From: Bdellovibrionales bacterium
Lineage (GTDB): Bacteria > Bdellovibrionota > UBA1018 > CAIMNF01
NCBI GenBank assembly: GCA_040380025.1
Contig: JBEIJY010000016.1
Location: 1 to 50,340, forward strand
Direction of reading: 5' to 3'
Length of the DNA stretch: 50,340 bases
The position numbers were made by a program, and so were the translations under genes. The stretch's first letter is position 1. Each line of letters starts with the position of its first letter. The notes under the pieces are model-generated. The model worked only from the letters and a program-made list of their open reading frames with translations. It had not been told where the DNA came from and made no database searches. This document shows positions 27,767 through 37,178 of the stretch, one piece after another.

Positions 27767-28966
27767 TCAGACCACCGCGCCTGCGGCGGCACCCGAGGCC
27801 CATGCCCACTGAAAATTATATCCTCCGAGCCAGCCTGTCACATCGACCACTTCTCCGATGAAGAACAAACCGGGGGCTTTTTTCGCCTCCAGGGTCTTGG
27901 ACGAAAGCTCGTTCGTATCGACCCCGCCCCGGGTCACCTCGGCCTTCGAATAGCCCACGGTTTCTTTTGGAATCACCGTCCAGGCCTTCAGGAGCTCACA
28001 GAATTTTTTTAGTTCTTTCTCGGAGACATCCGGAAGGGGGCGCGAGTCCTGAAAATGGAGCGCACAGAGCCGCTCTGCAAGCCGCGAGGGAAGGATCTCC
28101 GAAAGCAGGTTTTTCACGATCGCTTTGCTTCCCGATTTTTTCTTTTGCAAAAACCAGTCGAAAAGATCCACTCCCGGTGCGGTGTCGATGACCACCGGAT
28201 CAGCCGGCTTCCAGTGAAGCGAGGCCTGAAGGGTCGCAGGACCGCTCAGGCCCGCATGCGTGAAAAGAATCGCTTCTTCGAAGGTCATTCCGTTGCAGGT
28301 GATCCGCGAGTCAAAGGCAACCCCGGCGAGCCCCTCGAAGCGCACGCTATCCTCGTCCGAAAAGACAAAACCATCGAGTGCCGCCGCCCGATCCACGAGC
28401 TTCAGGCCAAACTGCGAGGCAATCTTGTAGCCGAATCCCGTTGCACCGATTTTTGGAATCGAGAGTCCTCCGGTTGCGATCACAAGGGATTCGCACGAGA
28501 ATGTGCCTGCGGAAGTTTCAACCCGGAACCGGATCGGATTCTCCGGATTCGGGTCCGTTCGTTCGATCAAGGTCACGTGGGTCTGCAGCGAGAATTTCGC
28601 GCCCGCATCGTGGCACTCGCGTACCAGCATGTCGACAATCGCCTGCGCGCTTCCGTCGCAGAACTGCTGACCGAGCTTCTTTTCATGAAAAGGAATCCGG
28701 TGCCGGTTCACCATTTCGATGAAGTCCCAAGGGCTGTAACGGGCAAGGGCGGATTTCGCGAAGTGGGGGTTTACCGAAACATAATTTCCGGGACCGGCAC
28801 CCAGATTCGTGAAGTTGCACCGGCCGCCACCCGAGATCAGGATTTTCCCCCCGATTTTTTTGCCATGATCCACGAGCAAAACCGATCGTCCCCGCCTGCC
28901 GGCATGGATCGCACACATCATTCCGGCACCGCCGGCACCGATTATCAAAACATCAACTTTGGTCAC
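27767..28966 (-). CDS. yhiN: HI0933/YhiN/BaiN-family flavoprotein
   Basis: IIGAGGAG, KILISGGGRCNFTN, ATGGLSIPKIGATGFGY, LFTH.GLSGP and GE..DVTGWLGGYNFQWAW.SG. Confidence 0.92.
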   Translation of the reverse strand: MTKVDVLIIGAGGAGMMCAIHAGRRGRSVLLVDHGKKIGGKILISGGGRCNFTNLGAGPGNYVSVNPHFAKSALARYSPWDFIEMVNRHRIPFHEKKLGQQFCDGSAQAIVDMLVRECHDAGAKFSLQTHVTLIERTDPNPENPIRFRVETSAGTFSCESLVIATGGLSIPKIGATGFGYKIASQFGLKLVDRAAALDGFVFSDEDSVRFEGLAGVAFDSRITCNGMTFEEAILFTHAGLSGPATLQASLHWKPADPVVIDTAPGVDLFDWFLQKKKSGSKAIVKNLLSEILPSRLAERLCALHFQDSRPLPDVSEKELKKFCELLKAWTVIPKETVGYSKAEVTRGGVDTNELSSKTLEAKKAPGLFFIGEVVDVTGWLGGYNFQWAWASGAAAGAVV

Positions 28967-29054
28967 GGAAATGGTTTATATCACAAGTATTTCGTTCATT
29001 GGTCGATTCTTGTAGTCAGATTTTATTTATTAGGATACAAAATCGATCTGATTT

Positions 29055-30602
29055 ATGAATTCCCCTCAAAACCCCGTTCTTTCTTTCTCTGAGTTCCAAT
29101 TGAGTCCTGAGCTTTTTCGCGCGATTGAATCCTTGGGGTTTGACCGTCCGACCCCGGTTCAAGCCGAAACCTTGCCCATTCTTTTGGGTGAGCCTACCGA
29201 TTTTTTGGGTCTTGCCAGCACCGGCACCGGGAAGACCGCCGCCTTCGCCATCCCGATTCTCGAGAATCTCGACCCGAAGGAATCCGGAGTTCAGGCACTC
29301 GTGCTTTGTCCCACCCGCGAACTGGCCAAGCAGACGGCCGATCAGTTCAATCTTCTTGCACGCTTCAAAAAGACGAAGGCCCTCGCCATTTACGGCGGTG
29401 CCGGCTACGCGGGCCAGCTTCGCGCACTGAAAGAAGGGGTCAGCATTGTGATCGGGACTCCGGGCCGGATCATCGATCATTTGGAGCGCAAAACGCTGAG
29501 CCTTGATGGGCTCAGGACGGTGGTGCTCGATGAAGCCGATGAGATGATCTCGATGGGCTTCAAAGAAGAGATCGAAAAGATCCTCTCGCTCGTGAACGGC
29601 GGGGAGTCACATCAGACTTGGCTGTTTTCTGCGACCATGAGCAAGGAAATCCGTAGAATCGCCGATGGGTTCCTGCACTCGCCGAAGCAGGTTCGGATCG
29701 CATCCGAATCCGCGACCGCCGAGAAAGTCTCGCAAGAGTGCTTTTATGTGAGCGAGCAACAGCGGCCGGATGCGCTCGAGAATCTGATCGACTCGGTGGA
29801 GGGCTTTTACGGGCTCGTATTCTGCCAGACCAAGGCGCTTGTCATCGAGATCACCGAGCAGCTCAAGAAGAACGGCTACGCCGCCGATTGTTTGCATGGC
29901 GATCTCGACCAGTCGGCGCGGGAGCGCGCGATGAGGGCGTTCAAAGAAAAGTCGGTGACGATCATGGTCTGCACCGATGTCGCCTCGCGCGGAATCGACG
30001 TGAAAGACCTCACCCATGTGGTGAATTTTTCGTTGCCCCGTGAGCTCGATCTGTACATCCACCGCATCGGTCGTACCGGACGCGGCGGAAAAGCCGGGGC
30101 CGCGTGGAATCTCGTGACCCCGTCCCATCAGTGGCTCGTCGGAAGAATCGAGCGCGAGACCCGCACGAAGATGAAGCGCGGAGAGCTCCCGACCGCTGAA
30201 TCGCTGATTCGCGGCAAGGTCCGCCGGGCCCGGGACGGATTCGATTCGACCCGTTCGAATCAGGCCGAAACGGTGCAGAAAATCCAGAGTTCCCTTCAGG
30301 GTTCGGGATGGATGGAAACGATCGAGCACCTCTCCAAAGAAGAGATCGTGGCGGGGTTTCTCGCAGGCTCGATCAGGATGCCCAAACCCGTCCGCGCGGA
30401 ATCAGGATCGAAAAAACAACCATTCCATTCCAAACCGAAACGCTTCGAGAAGAGACGCGATTTCTCGGGTCCGAAAGGAAAGCCCTATTTTCGGGGAAAC
30501 ACGCGCTTTGACGGCGGTTACGAAGGATCGCCCGCGCCGTTCGCTTCTCCCGAGATGACCCGCCGGCAGAGACCCAAAGTCTCGTTCAAGATGCCGTCAT
30601 AA
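29055..30602 (+). CDS. DEAD-box RNA helicase
   Basis: Q motif, TGTGKT, PTRELA, TPGR, DEAD, SAT, SRGID and HRIGRTGR; basic C-terminal tail. Confidence 0.97.
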   Translation: MNSPQNPVLSFSEFQLSPELFRAIESLGFDRPTPVQAETLPILLGEPTDFLGLASTGTGKTAAFAIPILENLDPKESGVQALVLCPTRELAKQTADQFNLLARFKKTKALAIYGGAGYAGQLRALKEGVSIVIGTPGRIIDHLERKTLSLDGLRTVVLDEADEMISMGFKEEIEKILSLVNGGESHQTWLFSATMSKEIRRIADGFLHSPKQVRIASESATAEKVSQECFYVSEQQRPDALENLIDSVEGFYGLVFCQTKALVIEITEQLKKNGYAADCLHGDLDQSARERAMRAFKEKSVTIMVCTDVASRGIDVKDLTHVVNFSLPRELDLYIHRIGRTGRGGKAGAAWNLVTPSHQWLVGRIERETRTKMKRGELPTAESLIRGKVRRARDGFDSTRSNQAETVQKIQSSLQGSGWMETIEHLSKEEIVAGFLAGSIRMPKPVRAESGSKKQPFHSKPKRFEKRRDFSGPKGKPYFRGNTRFDGGYEGSPAPFASPEMTRRQRPKVSFKMPS

Positions 30603-31183
30603 TCGCCCCGATCCCGCACGACTTTGTGGGCGTGAATGCTCGAAGGCTCGACGAACTCGTCGTGCATGGGTTTTACTTGTTTCAAAAACTGGTTTTTCAC
30701 TCCTTCGGGCGTCCGGCCGCGCTCGGCGACATCGCGGTTCAAACGCCGGTCAAAGCGCACGGACTCGGGCGTGTCGAAAAAGATCCTCCGGTCGAACTGG
30801 CTCCAGACTTCCTCGGGATGAAAAATCAAGATTCCATCGATCAGGATGATCGGCACGGGGCGGGCACGGATGGTCTTCGCAAGCCTCGTGTGGGTGACGA
30901 AATCATACAAGGGAAGCTCCGTCTCTTCGCCCCGTTTCAGTGAGGCGAGGCATCTGGCGAGGAGCGGAAAGTCCAGGCTCTCCGGATGGTCGAAATTCAC
31001 CGATCCTCCGTCGTGATCAAACCGATGAGACTGATCGATGTAAAAGTTGTCCTGGTACAGGATGGTCGAGACCTCCGGCCCGAGCGCCTCATGGAGGGCA
31101 CGGGCGAAGTAGGTCTTCCCCGAACCCGAACCGCCCGCGATCCCGATCAAAAACGGCTTATTTGGTCTGATAGAGCCGGTCAC
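30518..31183 (-). CDS. udk: Uridine kinase
   Basis: IGIAGGSGSGKT, QDNFY, NFDHPESLD, YDFVTHTR, RRL.RD..ERGR and VKPMH..FVEPS. GTG 31183 with GGAG SD lies inside the upp 3' end (alternative ATG 31189). Confidence 0.93.
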   Translation of the reverse strand: MTGSIRPNKPFLIGIAGGSGSGKTYFARALHEALGPEVSTILYQDNFYIDQSHRFDHDGGSVNFDHPESLDFPLLARCLASLKRGEETELPLYDFVTHTRLAKTIRARPVPIILIDGILIFHPEEVWSQFDRRIFFDTPESVRFDRRLNRDVAERGRTPEGVKNQFLKQVKPMHDEFVEPSSIHAHKVVRDRGDYDGILNETLGLCRRVISGEANGAGDPS

Positions 31184-31796
31184 CTGCATCTCCAAGCCCG
31201 GGAACAAGGTATCCCGATTCGTTCACTTCTTTTTCGATTTCGACGGTCAGAATCTCGGTATCCGGATGAAAATGATGGAGCCGTTCGATGGCGGCCTCGC
31301 TCGTCAGGATCGAGAGTACCCGGATCCGGCCCACCTGGTAGCTCTTCAGGCGGTCGATCGCGGCGATCATCGTGTCGGCGGTCGCAATCAAAGGGTCGCA
31401 AAGAAGAATCTCGCGGCCCTGGATGTCTTGCGGAAGCTTGAAGTAGTACTCGACCGTGTTGTGGATGAATTTGTCGCGATAGATGCCGATGAATCCGGCG
31501 GAGGCGATCGGAATCATGTCGAGCACCGCATCGAGCATGCCGTTCCCGGCGCGAAGGATGGCCACCGCGACCGGGGCTTTCGAGATCCGCTGCACTTTTG
31601 CCGGAGAGATCGGAGTTTCGACCTTGATCTCATCCAGATGAGGCCAGTCCCGCATCGCTTCGTAGGCGAGAAGCTTCGAGATCTCCCGCACGATCTCCCG
31701 GAACTCCTGCGAGCGGGTATTCCGGTCGCGGAGGTATCCGAGCTTGTGGTTCAACAGAGGATGATGAATGACTCTTGCGTTCGGTTTTTTTCCCAT
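31158..31796 (-). CDS. upp: Uracil phosphoribosyltransferase (URC6/FUR1 orthologue)
   Basis: HPLLNHKL, ILRAG, PRPP loop DPLIAT and YLVPGLGDAGDR; SD AGGAG. Confidence 0.95.
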   Translation of the reverse strand: MGKKPNARVIHHPLLNHKLGYLRDRNTRSQEFREIVREISKLLAYEAMRDWPHLDEIKVETPISPAKVQRISKAPVAVAILRAGNGMLDAVLDMIPIASAGFIGIYRDKFIHNTVEYYFKLPQDIQGREILLCDPLIATADTMIAAIDRLKSYQVGRIRVLSILTSEAAIERLHHFHPDTEILTVEIEKEVNESGYLVPGLGDAGDRLYQTK

Positions 31797-31804
31797 GGAA
31801 TCTC

Positions 31805-32965
31805 CTAAAATACCGTTCCGTCGCTCTCGATCATCAGGGGAGGCAAAGAGGAGTTTCTCTTCACCCGGGCGATTTTCCGTCCGGCATGCCAGGTGCCGCC
31901 CTCGAGAACCTTCGCAAGCGGGAACTGCTCTCCTGTGAGTCCGAGGCGGGTTCTGATCTCTGCTCCGACCCGGTCCAGGAGTGCGACGGTCAAGGCGCGC
32001 CATTCGATGATGGCATCGTGCGAGGGGGGAAGGGGGGTTTCGGCGAGCGAAGAATCCTTGAAGCGGATCAGGCCGCTATCCAAAAAGAGGCCTCCATTCC
32101 GGTACTCGGCAAGTCCGGTCAGTTCATCGACTCCGGTGATGACGAGTCCTGCGTCCATCAGGGGCTCGAGGAGCGAATACGAGAGCCACTGGGAGAGCTT
32201 GTGAAAACCGATCGGGCCGAGCGTGGAATGGCTCCAGACATCTCCGAGGTTCACGCCCGCATGCGAGATCCTGCCGGGCCAAATCGGACCAAGCGCAAGA
32301 AGTACCGCCTTCAGCACGTCTTTCGCGGCGATGGTGCGTCCGTGCTTTTCGATGAGGTAATCGACGAGGCTTCCGGGGCGACCGTCTTTGAAGAAAACCT
32401 GATTCTCGAGCTCGGAACCCAGACGATTCAGGAGTTTCGCCCGTCCTTTCAGGCCCACCAGCGGATTGGAATCGCTCACCTGGAATCCATGGGCAAGATC
32501 GGCCTCGGCAAGCGACTTCAATCCCCGCGCCGACGACTCCACGGTCCCGGAGTAAAACAAATGAAAGCTCGCAACCCCGAGGCCCTCGGATCGCCCGTAA
32601 GACCGGGCTGTTTCTTTTTCGTGATAGCTCCATTCCGCGCCTGCACCCGCATCCAGCAAGACCGAGGGGATCACGAGATCGAACTTGATTCGCGCGAGTT
32701 CCAGGGCCGAAGCGCCCTTGTGCCGGTCCTTGAGCCAGAGAAGCCGGTCCACACCGCCTGCCTTGAAGTGTCCCCAGCGGGAATGGAAGGGAACATCGAG
32801 GGTGGGATAGTTCTCGCGGATCACTTCGATCACGAATTGGCAGGTCTCTTCGAATTTCCCGGCATCATACGACAACAGGCCGTTTCCGGCGCAGGTCTGC
32901 ACGAATACTTTTTCGGCCGACTCGCGGACGAAACCGGGCGAAAGGTAGTGATCAAGATTATTCAA
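31805..32965 (-). CDS. URC4/Urg3 (DUF1688) family protein
   Basis: PFHSRW.HF, SVLLDAGAG..WSY, RSEGL.VAS, NPLVGL.GR, FHKLSQWLSYSL, LTGLAEYRNGGL, EWRALTV and VLEGGTW.AGR. Confidence 0.92.
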   Translation of the reverse strand: MNNLDHYLSPGFVRESAEKVFVQTCAGNGLLSYDAGKFEETCQFVIEVIRENYPTLDVPFHSRWGHFKAGGVDRLLWLKDRHKGASALELARIKFDLVIPSVLLDAGAGAEWSYHEKETARSYGRSEGLGVASFHLFYSGTVESSARGLKSLAEADLAHGFQVSDSNPLVGLKGRAKLLNRLGSELENQVFFKDGRPGSLVDYLIEKHGRTIAAKDVLKAVLLALGPIWPGRISHAGVNLGDVWSHSTLGPIGFHKLSQWLSYSLLEPLMDAGLVITGVDELTGLAEYRNGGLFLDSGLIRFKDSSLAETPLPPSHDAIIEWRALTVALLDRVGAEIRTRLGLTGEQFPLAKVLEGGTWHAGRKIARVKRNSSLPPLMIESDGTVF

Positions 32966-34211
32966 TGGTTCTTCCTTTCACTTTCTTCAGTTCATCCTGA
33001 TTTTTCTTCGGCTCGTTCGAGAAGTAGCCCGCTGCTTTCTTGGCCTCGATCTCGACGGTCGCATCGGCGGGAATCAACTCTTCGGGAATCGAGATCCGGT
33101 TCACAACACGGATTCCGCTCGACACGATCGCGTCGTGCTTCATGTTGCTCATCGAGTGAAGATGGTCGATCTTCCGGATGCCGAAAAAATGGAGGCAATC
33201 CGGCATGAACTCTTGGAATCGCGCGTCCTCGACCCCGGCCACGCATTCGGTGCGTTTGAAGTAGTTGGCGGCGGTATCCCCGCCGGCCTGGCGTTTCCGC
33301 GCATTGTAAACCAGGAACTTCGTCACCTCGCCCAGGGCGCGGCCCTCTTTGCGATAGTAGGCGATGATGCCGACTCCTCCCCGTTGTGCGGTCCGGGCCG
33401 CATCTTCGATTCCGTACATCAGGTACGGGCGGCACGTGCAGATGTCCGAACCGAACACATCCGATCCGTTGCACTCGTCATGCACGCGGCAGGTGAGTTC
33501 GATTTTCGGGTCCGCGAGATCTTGCGCATTTCCGAAAATGTACACTGTGGTGGATCCGATCGGCGGAAGCCAGACCTTCAGATCGGGTCTCGTGATCAGC
33601 TCGGGACACATTCCGCCCGACTCCTGGAACAGGGTGCGCCGGAGCACGCCCTCATCCACATTCAATCTTCTTGCCATGCCGGGCAAGAACCACACCGGTT
33701 CGATGGCGACCTTGGTGACCTTGATGTCGTGGTTGTCCAGGACGACCTTCCCGTCGACGGCGAGTCTGCCATCGCGGATTGCCGAATGGATCTCCGGGAT
33801 CTGCAGGTGGGCCTGGGTCACCGAGATCGAGGGACGGATGTCATACTCGCGCTCGAAGAAAGTCTTGAAGTGAATGGCGGGATCCAGACCCCACGGGTCC
33901 AGGGTCACGATTTTGGTGGGATCGAACCACGAATCATAAGGACCGATTTGGACGGGGCTCTCGGTGTTGTGCAGATCCGGCTTGTGGGAGGGAGAAAACT
34001 TTCCGGATGCGATCGAGAGGGCGCGGTAAACCGAGTAGCTGCCCGAGTGGGTGCCGATCGCGTTGCGCGCCCTCGGATTGGTATGCGAGGCCACGACCGG
34101 CGCCCGCCGGAGCGGATCGCGGTCGCCCCAATTCAGAATCGGCGACTCCGGATACCGGAGGTTCGAGTGAGTGGCAAGAATCACATGGCTGGAACGTTCA
34201 TACCGGTGCAT
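32958..34211 (-). CDS. URC1/Urg1-like GTP cyclohydrolase II family protein
   Basis: N-terminal extension RNAIGTHSGSYS.YRAL; PVW.LPG.A.R; Zn ligands RVHDECNGSDVFGSDICTCRPYL; EGRALGEVTKFLVYNARK; EI.AK.AAGY. ATG 34211 has SD AGGAGG. Confidence 0.92.
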   Translation of the reverse strand: MHRYERSSHVILATHSNLRYPESPILNWGDRDPLRRAPVVASHTNPRARNAIGTHSGSYSVYRALSIASGKFSPSHKPDLHNTESPVQIGPYDSWFDPTKIVTLDPWGLDPAIHFKTFFEREYDIRPSISVTQAHLQIPEIHSAIRDGRLAVDGKVVLDNHDIKVTKVAIEPVWFLPGMARRLNVDEGVLRRTLFQESGGMCPELITRPDLKVWLPPIGSTTVYIFGNAQDLADPKIELTCRVHDECNGSDVFGSDICTCRPYLMYGIEDAARTAQRGGVGIIAYYRKEGRALGEVTKFLVYNARKRQAGGDTAANYFKRTECVAGVEDARFQEFMPDCLHFFGIRKIDHLHSMSNMKHDAIVSSGIRVVNRISIPEELIPADATVEIEAKKAAGYFSNEPKKNQDELKKVKGRTIE

Positions 34212-34222
34212 AAGCCCTCCTG

Positions 34223-35698
34223 TCAGGACATCCAGTTCGAGTCGGTTTGCTTTTCCCATTTCACGGTGATCTTTTTCATCTCGCTCCAAAAATCAAGCGA
34301 ATGGGCGCCGGTGATGTCGCCATGGCCGAATTTCGAGGCGTTGATTCCGCCGAACGAGAACGGTTCGCGGGGAACAGGAACACCAACATTGACTCCGATC
34401 ATTCCGGCCTTCGCTTCGCGGGTCACGCGGTCGGCGAGTGCTCCGTTCGAGGTGAACACGCTACAGGCGTTTCCGTACGAAGAGGTGGCCTGGATCTTCA
34501 GTGCCTCGCTCAGGTCTTTGCAGCGGATGATCGCAAGGACCGGGCCGAAAAGTTCCACCGTATGTGCTTCCGAACCCGGCGAGACTTCGTCCAGAATGGT
34601 GGGACCGATCCAGTTGCCGCCATCCAGCCCTTCGGGGGCCTTCGATTTTCTTCCGTCGAGAATCACGCGGGCGCCCGATTCCTCGGCGCGAGTAATCGCG
34701 CCCTTCAAGAACTCCACCTGGCTTCGGCTGATGATGGCGCCCATGTCATCCCCGAGTTTGAGCGATGCCGCGCGAGTTTTGATCTGATCGATATGCTCGT
34801 CGACCTTCCCTACGGCCAAAAGAACCGAGGCGGCCATGCAACGCTGGCCGGCACAGCCGGTGAACGAATCCGAGATGCCGATGCCGGAGAGTTCCGGATT
34901 CGCATCCGGAAGCAAAATGATGTGATTTTTGGCCCCTCCAAGGGCCAGGACGCGCTTTCCTTGTCGTGTGCCGCGTTCGTATACCGCGCGAGCGATCTTC
35001 GTCGAGCCCACGAAGGCGACGGCCTTGATCGCCGCATGATCGATCAGGGATTCGACCGTGCGCGCACCGCCCGGAAGCACCGTCAGGAGTCCTGCGGGGA
35101 GTCCGGCCTGCCGGAATGACTCCGCAATCCGGTATGACGTGAGCGGCGTCTTGTCGGAGGGCTTCCAGACGACGGCATTCCCGAGCACAAGCGCGATCGG
35201 AATCGACCAGAGTGGCACCATCGCCGGAAAGTTAAATGGCGTGATCGTCAGGACCACCCCGAGCGGCTCCCTTCGATATTCGCAGGTCACGCCCCGGGAA
35301 ACCTCGAGCTTTCCGTTCAGGTCCAGATTCTGAAGCGAGAGCGCGAATTCGAGCACTTCGAGGCCTTTCAAGAGCCCCGCTTTTCCCTCTTCGAAGGTTT
35401 TGCCCGATTCTGCTGCTTTCAGGTGAGAAATCTCTTCCAAGTCCCGAAGAAGAATGTTCCGGAACTCATACAGGATTTTTGATCGCTCTTTGATGGGCAT
35501 TTTCGCCCAATCGCGTTGTGCCACCTCGGCGGCCTCGACGGCGCGCGCGATCTGTGCCGCATCCGGTTCGGTGAGGTTGCCGATGGGCTTTCCGGAATAC
35601 GGAGAGATCACCGGAGACTCGTTGGTGGTTCCTTTGACCCATTCCCCGGCGATGAAACAATCAGCATGAACTGGTGCGGCAGGCAGAGTTGCTCTCAT
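34223..35698 (-). CDS. mmsA: CoA-acylating (methyl)malonate-semialdehyde dehydrogenase
   Basis: ITPFNFPAMVP, FVGST, GGAKNH, GCAGQRCMA, E.FGPVL and G.NVGVPVP..PFSFGG...S.FG. Confidence 0.9.
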   Translation of the reverse strand: MRATLPAAPVHADCFIAGEWVKGTTNESPVISPYSGKPIGNLTEPDAAQIARAVEAAEVAQRDWAKMPIKERSKILYEFRNILLRDLEEISHLKAAESGKTFEEGKAGLLKGLEVLEFALSLQNLDLNGKLEVSRGVTCEYRREPLGVVLTITPFNFPAMVPLWSIPIALVLGNAVVWKPSDKTPLTSYRIAESFRQAGLPAGLLTVLPGGARTVESLIDHAAIKAVAFVGSTKIARAVYERGTRQGKRVLALGGAKNHIILLPDANPELSGIGISDSFTGCAGQRCMAASVLLAVGKVDEHIDQIKTRAASLKLGDDMGAIISRSQVEFLKGAITRAEESGARVILDGRKSKAPEGLDGGNWIGPTILDEVSPGSEAHTVELFGPVLAIIRCKDLSEALKIQATSSYGNACSVFTSNGALADRVTREAKAGMIGVNVGVPVPREPFSFGGINASKFGHGDITGAHSLDFWSEMKKITVKWEKQTDSNWMS

Positions 35699-35707
35699 AG
35701 ATTCTCG

Positions 35708-35735
35708 ACTATACCTGAGAGGGGGCTTTTGGCAA
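35708..35735 (-). promoter_or_regulatory. Putative sigma70 promoter of the mmsA-URC operon
   Basis: TTGCCA-N16-TATAGT, 9 nt before the mmsA ATG. Confidence 0.55.
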
Positions 35736-35747
35736 CTTGGAGGAGTC

Positions 35748-37178
35748 TCAGCTGGAACAAGAAACCGGCAGGTGCTTCAGACGGGGCGGGGTGGGCAGGC
35801 TTTCTGCCTCGAACCGACCGTGCTCTGAAAACGGGTCCCGGAGCACCTCCGCCCATTCCGAAAGCGGTGCGGAATCCCCGCGGGAGGCGGATTCGATCAC
35901 CGATTGCGCGATGTGGTTCTTGAGCACCCATTTCGGATTCACCCGCATCCTGGAGAGGGTCCTCTCCCCGTCGCTCCGGGATTCCCGCAAAACAAGATCA
36001 TCATACCTGCGAAGCCAGGCCCGGAGTGCTTGTTGTTTTTCGGGTTCCGGATAGGCGCGCAGGAGCAAGTCCATCGAGTCCGGTTGTTTCGCCTCATAGC
36101 GCGAGAGCTCGCGAAAAAAGAAAGTATAATCGAGCGAGGTCTCTTCGAGCATCGAGAGCAACGAGGCGAGATCCTGCGCTGGGATGGGATCAAGGAGCCC
36201 GAGTTTTCTTTGATACGCCTCCAAAAGATGCCGATGAAAGAGTTCCGGGTATTGATTCAAGAGTGAGCGGAGCGTTTCGACGGGTAGGACATCCGTGAAG
36301 CATACCAGGAGCTTTTCGAGGTTCCAGTAGGCGACCTGCGGCTGCCGCGCGTACGAGTAGCGCCCTTCGCGGTCGGAATGATTGCAGACAAAGCCCGGAT
36401 CGAAATCCTCCATGAAGCCGAACGGCCCGTAATCGATGGTCAGGCCCAGAATCGAGAAGTTGTCGGTGTTCATCACGCCATGGCAGAACCCCGAGGCCTG
36501 CCAGAGTGCGATCATCCTCGCAGTGCGATCGATCACCTCGTGAAGCATCGCTTCGATCGAATGCCCCTGATAAAAGAACTCCCGCACATACTCGATGAGC
36601 GCGTGGAGCTCATTCTTTTTTTGAAAGTGGAACGCCATCTCGAAATGCCCGAAGCGGATGTTGCTCGGGAACACCCGGGCCACCAGCGCCTCGGGTTCGA
36701 GTTCTTCGCGTTCCACGAGTCCTTCGCCCGAGAGGATCGCAAGCGAGCGCGTGGTCGGGATCCCGAGCGCGTGCATGGCTTCCGCGCAGAGGTACTCCCG
36801 AATCGAGGACCGAAGCACGGCCTTTCCGTCTCCCCGGCGCGAAAAAGGAGTGGGCCCCGACCCTTTGACCTGAATCTCCTGTCGTCCCAGGACCGGATGC
36901 AAAATCTCTCCGAGCGAGAGGGTGCGTCCGTCGCCGAGCTGTCCGGCCCACACGCCGAACTGATGGCCCGCATAGCGGGTCGAAATCCGTTGATCGCCGG
37001 GAAGGCGGGATTCGCCGTTCAGCCACGACACCAAAGATTCATCGCTCAGGGTCCCGAGTCCGAGTTCCGTGCGAAGCGGACCTGTATGAAGAAGCTTCGG
37101 GGCACGGAGGGGCAGGGGGGCCACCGGCTCAAAGAAAAACGAGGGCAGGGATACGAAGGAATTCTGGAAGGGAATCAT
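35748..37178 (-). CDS. selO: Protein adenylyltransferase SelO/YdiU
   Basis: YAGHQFG.WAGQLGDGR, KGSGPTPFSR.GDG.AVLRSSIREYL..EAM, GFCHGVMNTDN, IDYGPFGF and C-terminal SCSS. ATGA-coupled to the GT2 gene. Confidence 0.95.
   Translation of the reverse strand: MIPFQNSFVSLPSFFFEPVAPLPLRAPKLLHTGPLRTELGLGTLSDESLVSWLNGESRLPGDQRISTRYAGHQFGVWAGQLGDGRTLSLGEILHPVLGRQEIQVKGSGPTPFSRRGDGKAVLRSSIREYLCAEAMHALGIPTTRSLAILSGEGLVEREELEPEALVARVFPSNIRFGHFEMAFHFQKKNELHALIEYVREFFYQGHSIEAMLHEVIDRTARMIALWQASGFCHGVMNTDNFSILGLTIDYGPFGFMEDFDPGFVCNHSDREGRYSYARQPQVAYWNLEKLLVCFTDVLPVETLRSLLNQYPELFHRHLLEAYQRKLGLLDPIPAQDLASLLSMLEETSLDYTFFFRELSRYEAKQPDSMDLLLRAYPEPEKQQALRAWLRRYDDLVLRESRSDGERTLSRMRVNPKWVLKNHIAQSVIESASRGDSAPLSEWAEVLRDPFSEHGRFEAESLPTPPRLKHLPVSCSS

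Noticed and set aside
32958..34211. Calling this gene riboflavin ribA
   Set aside because: The long URC1-specific N-terminal domain and URC4/upp context, with no rib genes nearby, argue against it.
31775..35119. Long plus-strand ORFs (477, 550 and 290 aa) opposite the URC operon, and similar shadows such as 2220-3623, 41460-42962 and 43791-44915
   Set aside because: They are antisense shadows of well-supported genes in GC-rich DNA and carry no motifs.
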